A DNA stretch of 63,016 nucleotides, filler included, from Octopus bimaculoides (taxonomy: Eukaryota), in NCBI RefSeq assembly GCF_001194135.2. It is 5 parts of 5 records of this genome, joined end to end, with 100 filler letters (N's around TTAATTAATTAA, not from the genome) between each part and the next. Parts side by side here need not be neighbours in the genome. Positions count along the whole stretch, not along the records: positions 57,041 to 63,016 come from NC_069000.1; 4 more parts are not named here. One strand, written 5' to 3'. Position numbers and translations under genes: made by a program. The notes beneath the pieces were generated by a model, which was not told where the DNA came from, did no database searches, and saw only the letters and a program-made list of their open reading frames with translations. Positions 60,684-63,016 of this stretch are shown here, one piece after another (positions within the stretch are counted from its first letter, which is position 1; the number at the start of each line of letters is the position of its first letter).

Positions 60684-61344
60684 GATATTGCTGTTATTGA
60701 GAATGAAAAATATTTCACAAACAATTGAAACGGTTGAACGATTAAGAAACTATATATGATAAAGGACCAATTATTTTCTAAATTAATCTTTTCTGTCATA
60801 CAAAACTAATAGACGTTCTATTGCGAAGTAAGCTATACTGTCTGACTGTCCTTTGAAAGGGAATAAAATCTAACGATGTTTTGTGCCTTTTAAACCATAA
60901 AAACAGAAATAAAGAAATTTGTCAACGATGTGTACTAATTTTTAAGATATACTTCTTTAATTTTGAGTTGATTATACTTTATCACGAATAACACATTTTG
61001 GGATTGCAGACGTGATGTTACATATTCACAATGTTTTGTATTCTATCATCTTTCCTTATATTTATTTTAGTATATCCATGTTTAATACGATCCTTTATAC
61101 ATCTATATTAGATAAAATATATCTCTTTGCTGACTGGAAAGTAATCGTGTAATTTGTCATGGCGAATTTAACAAGTGCTTATCTGTATAAGTGCTGGGTT
61201 CACACACATCGTCTGATATTTAATACTTCCCTTACAAGATTATGGTCAGACATCTTTCTAGACAAAGAATACTGACTACAATCTGGAGGCGGGCAATCAT
61301 CACAACGACCAAAATCATCATCATCAGCAGCACCACCAGCACCA

Positions 61345-61560
61345 CCACCAAATTCCAGGTGAGGCCGCACCATAGCTATATAAGGCCTCAGATAGATTGA
61401 CAGAGAGCGGTTCCCAAAGGACTTGGTAAGTGATGCCAAGACACCTTCAGCCTTCTTGGCAATTTTATTTGTCTATTAAATTGTATGAAGTTGTTATAAG
61501 CATGCTTCTGACAAAAGTTACTTCCCTTGAAGTACGGATTAAAATATTTAGGTGGCGGGT
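61345..61560 (-). mobile_element. CR1-like LINE RT C-terminal fragment
   Basis: The minus strand reads GVLASLTKSFGNRSLSIYLRPYIAMVRPHLEF, matching the CR1/L2 motif (..LY...VRPHLEY). Confidence 0.75.
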
Positions 61561-61928
61561 TTATTAAAAGGGACATAACTCTGAAAGTTATTTCTATACG
61601 CTAAAATAAAACAAAACACAACAATTCTCTCCAGATAACTGATTATCAATTTCAAAAGATAGAATCATGTATCTATGGAATAAATTCGCTTTAGTCTCTG
61701 AAGCTGAGTCTCAGTAGCTTGTAAAGATACGGACTAACCATTCTAGTAAACTGTTACCTTTCACTGGTGTTTGTGTACGAATATACGAAAAAGGAAATTA
61801 AAATCAAATAACGCCTGTTCAACTTAAATTTATAAAGAGATTCTCTCCCCTTTGATAGTAACTCTCCACTAAAGGCTAATTACTTGTTCAATGACGTCCA
61901 GTATAAAATGTCAATACAAACTTGTCAA

Positions 61929-62001
61929 GTCCCTGTAGCGCAGGGGATAGCGCGCTGGACTTCTAATCCAGAGGTCGTGGGTTCGAATCCCACCAGGGAT
62001 G
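61929..62001 (+). tRNA. trnR-TCT: tRNA-Arg (anticodon TCT), intronless, 73 nt
   Basis: Acceptor stem GTCCCTG/CAGGGAT (G1-U72 wobble), D stem GCGC/GCGC, anticodon stem CTGGA/TCCAG with TCT at position 34 (61962-61964), T arm GTGGG-TTCGAAT-CCCAC, discriminator G. Confidence 0.97.
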
Positions 62002-62004
62002 ATA

Positions 62005-62014
62005 TTTTTTTTTT
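62005..62014 (+). terminator. RNA polymerase III terminator (T10)
   Basis: Ten T residues starting 4 nt after the tRNA 3' end. Confidence 0.9.
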
Positions 62015-62148
62015 GTAGTATACAAGAATGTCCTTCACGTAACTATTTCGTTTTCCCTGTCTATCGGCGATCGGTTGTTTAACGCTGCGGGAGTGAAGCG
62101 AAATTTAACTACTGAGTAAGGACTTTTTTTTATTGCATTTTTTATTAT

Positions 62149-62305
62149 AGGCGCAGGCGTGGCTGTGTGGTTAAGAAACTTGCGTCCCGACTATGTGGTC
62201 TAAGGTTCAGTCCCATTTGCAGCACCGACAAAAGTCTTGTGAGTGGACCTCGTAGACGGAAACTGAAAGAATCCCGTCGTATGCATGTATGTATGTGTGT
62301 GTGTA
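62149..62305 (+). mobile_element. SINE family A, 5' half
   Basis: AGGCGCAGGCGTGGCTGTGTGGTTAAGAA...GGTTCAGTCCC...GACGGAAACTGAAAGAATCCCGTCG. Confidence 0.88.
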
Positions 62306-62774
62306 TCCTTGTCTGGGCATAGGGAAATATTTCTTTGGTTTGAAACAGGTGAGGGCTGGTGGCAAGAAGGTCATGTGGCCGTAAAAAATCTGTTTCAGCA
62401 AATTCCAAGCATGGAAAAGTGGAGCTTATACAATGACAATGATGACATCAATGACAACAATATTATATGGAAGAGAGAGAGACAGAGAGAGAGAGAGAGT
62501 ATATGTGTGTGTGTGTGTGTGACAAAACAACTAAAGTACTGCCAGTTGAAAGCTGCAGGCATGTTGAATTCGTCAGGAGAGAATGCATATCATTTTCAGG
62601 GTGTATCTCTCAGCCCTTTTATTGTGCACCACCGGGACCACCACGATGATATGAGGCTCACCTACTACTTTCATTCTTTTACTGGCTTCATTACATCCAA
62701 GTCCAGCCATGCTGCACCATGGCCATTAAGTCACACTGACTCTTGTTCTTATTTTAAGTGTATTTTTACTATTA

Positions 62775-62990
62775 ACAAACTTGCTGGCCTTGTGCCAAAA
62801 TTTGAAACCATTATTATTATTATCATGAGTATTGAAGGAGGCGAGCTTGGCAGAATCGTTAGCACGTCAGGCGAAATGCTTAGCGGTATTTCGTCTGCCG
62901 TGACGTTCTGAGTTCAAATTCCGCCGAGGTTGATTTTGCCTTTCATCCTTTCGGGGTCGATAAATTAAGTACCAGTTACGCACTGGAGTC
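62775..62990 (+). mobile_element. SINE family B (62835-62990) preceded by another family B tail
   Basis: Tail GGCCTTGTGCCAAAATTTGAAACCATTATT, then GGAGGCGAGCTTGGCAGAATCGTTAGCACG...GAGTTCAAATTCCGCCGAGG. Confidence 0.9.
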
Positions 62991-63016
62991 CCTGCATGAT
63001 TAGAGATCAGCACTTC

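Overview
AT-rich, repeat-dominated eukaryotic scaffold segment with about 8.4 kb (~13%) of N gaps and very dense (TA)n/(CA)n/(TACA)n/trinucleotide microsatellites. The SINE families and overall texture point to an octopus genome, probably an Octopus draft assembly (inference). Only two host genes are supportable. One is a minus-strand coding exon (60308-60683) encoding the N-terminal ~125 aa of a D-2-hydroxyacid dehydrogenase (glyoxylate/hydroxypyruvate or 2-ketogluconate reductase-like); I could not find its downstream exons. The other is an intact intronless tRNA-Arg(UCU) gene (61929-62001). The rest is a transposon graveyard: three tRNA-derived SINE families (here called A, B and C; B forms head-to-tail arrays), LINE relics (CR1/L2-like, RLE-type R4/Dong-like, RTE, and an unclassified APE-type), Tc1/mariner relics and MITEs, a hAT MITE, a Helitron 5' end, a Penelope-like terminal-repeat relic and two unclassified dispersed repeats. 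Four identical 44N-TTAATTAATTAA-44N blocks are synthetic assembly joins. Nearly all ORFs in the supplied track are microsatellite or gap artefacts. I found no clear new multi-gene system. The best leads are hammerhead-ribozyme-like cores (5312-5346 and inside the 56310-56430 palindrome), the SINE-B tandem array, an unclassified composite repeat with a possible hAT terminus, and a tRNA gene that may sit inside a bidirectional Pol II promoter.
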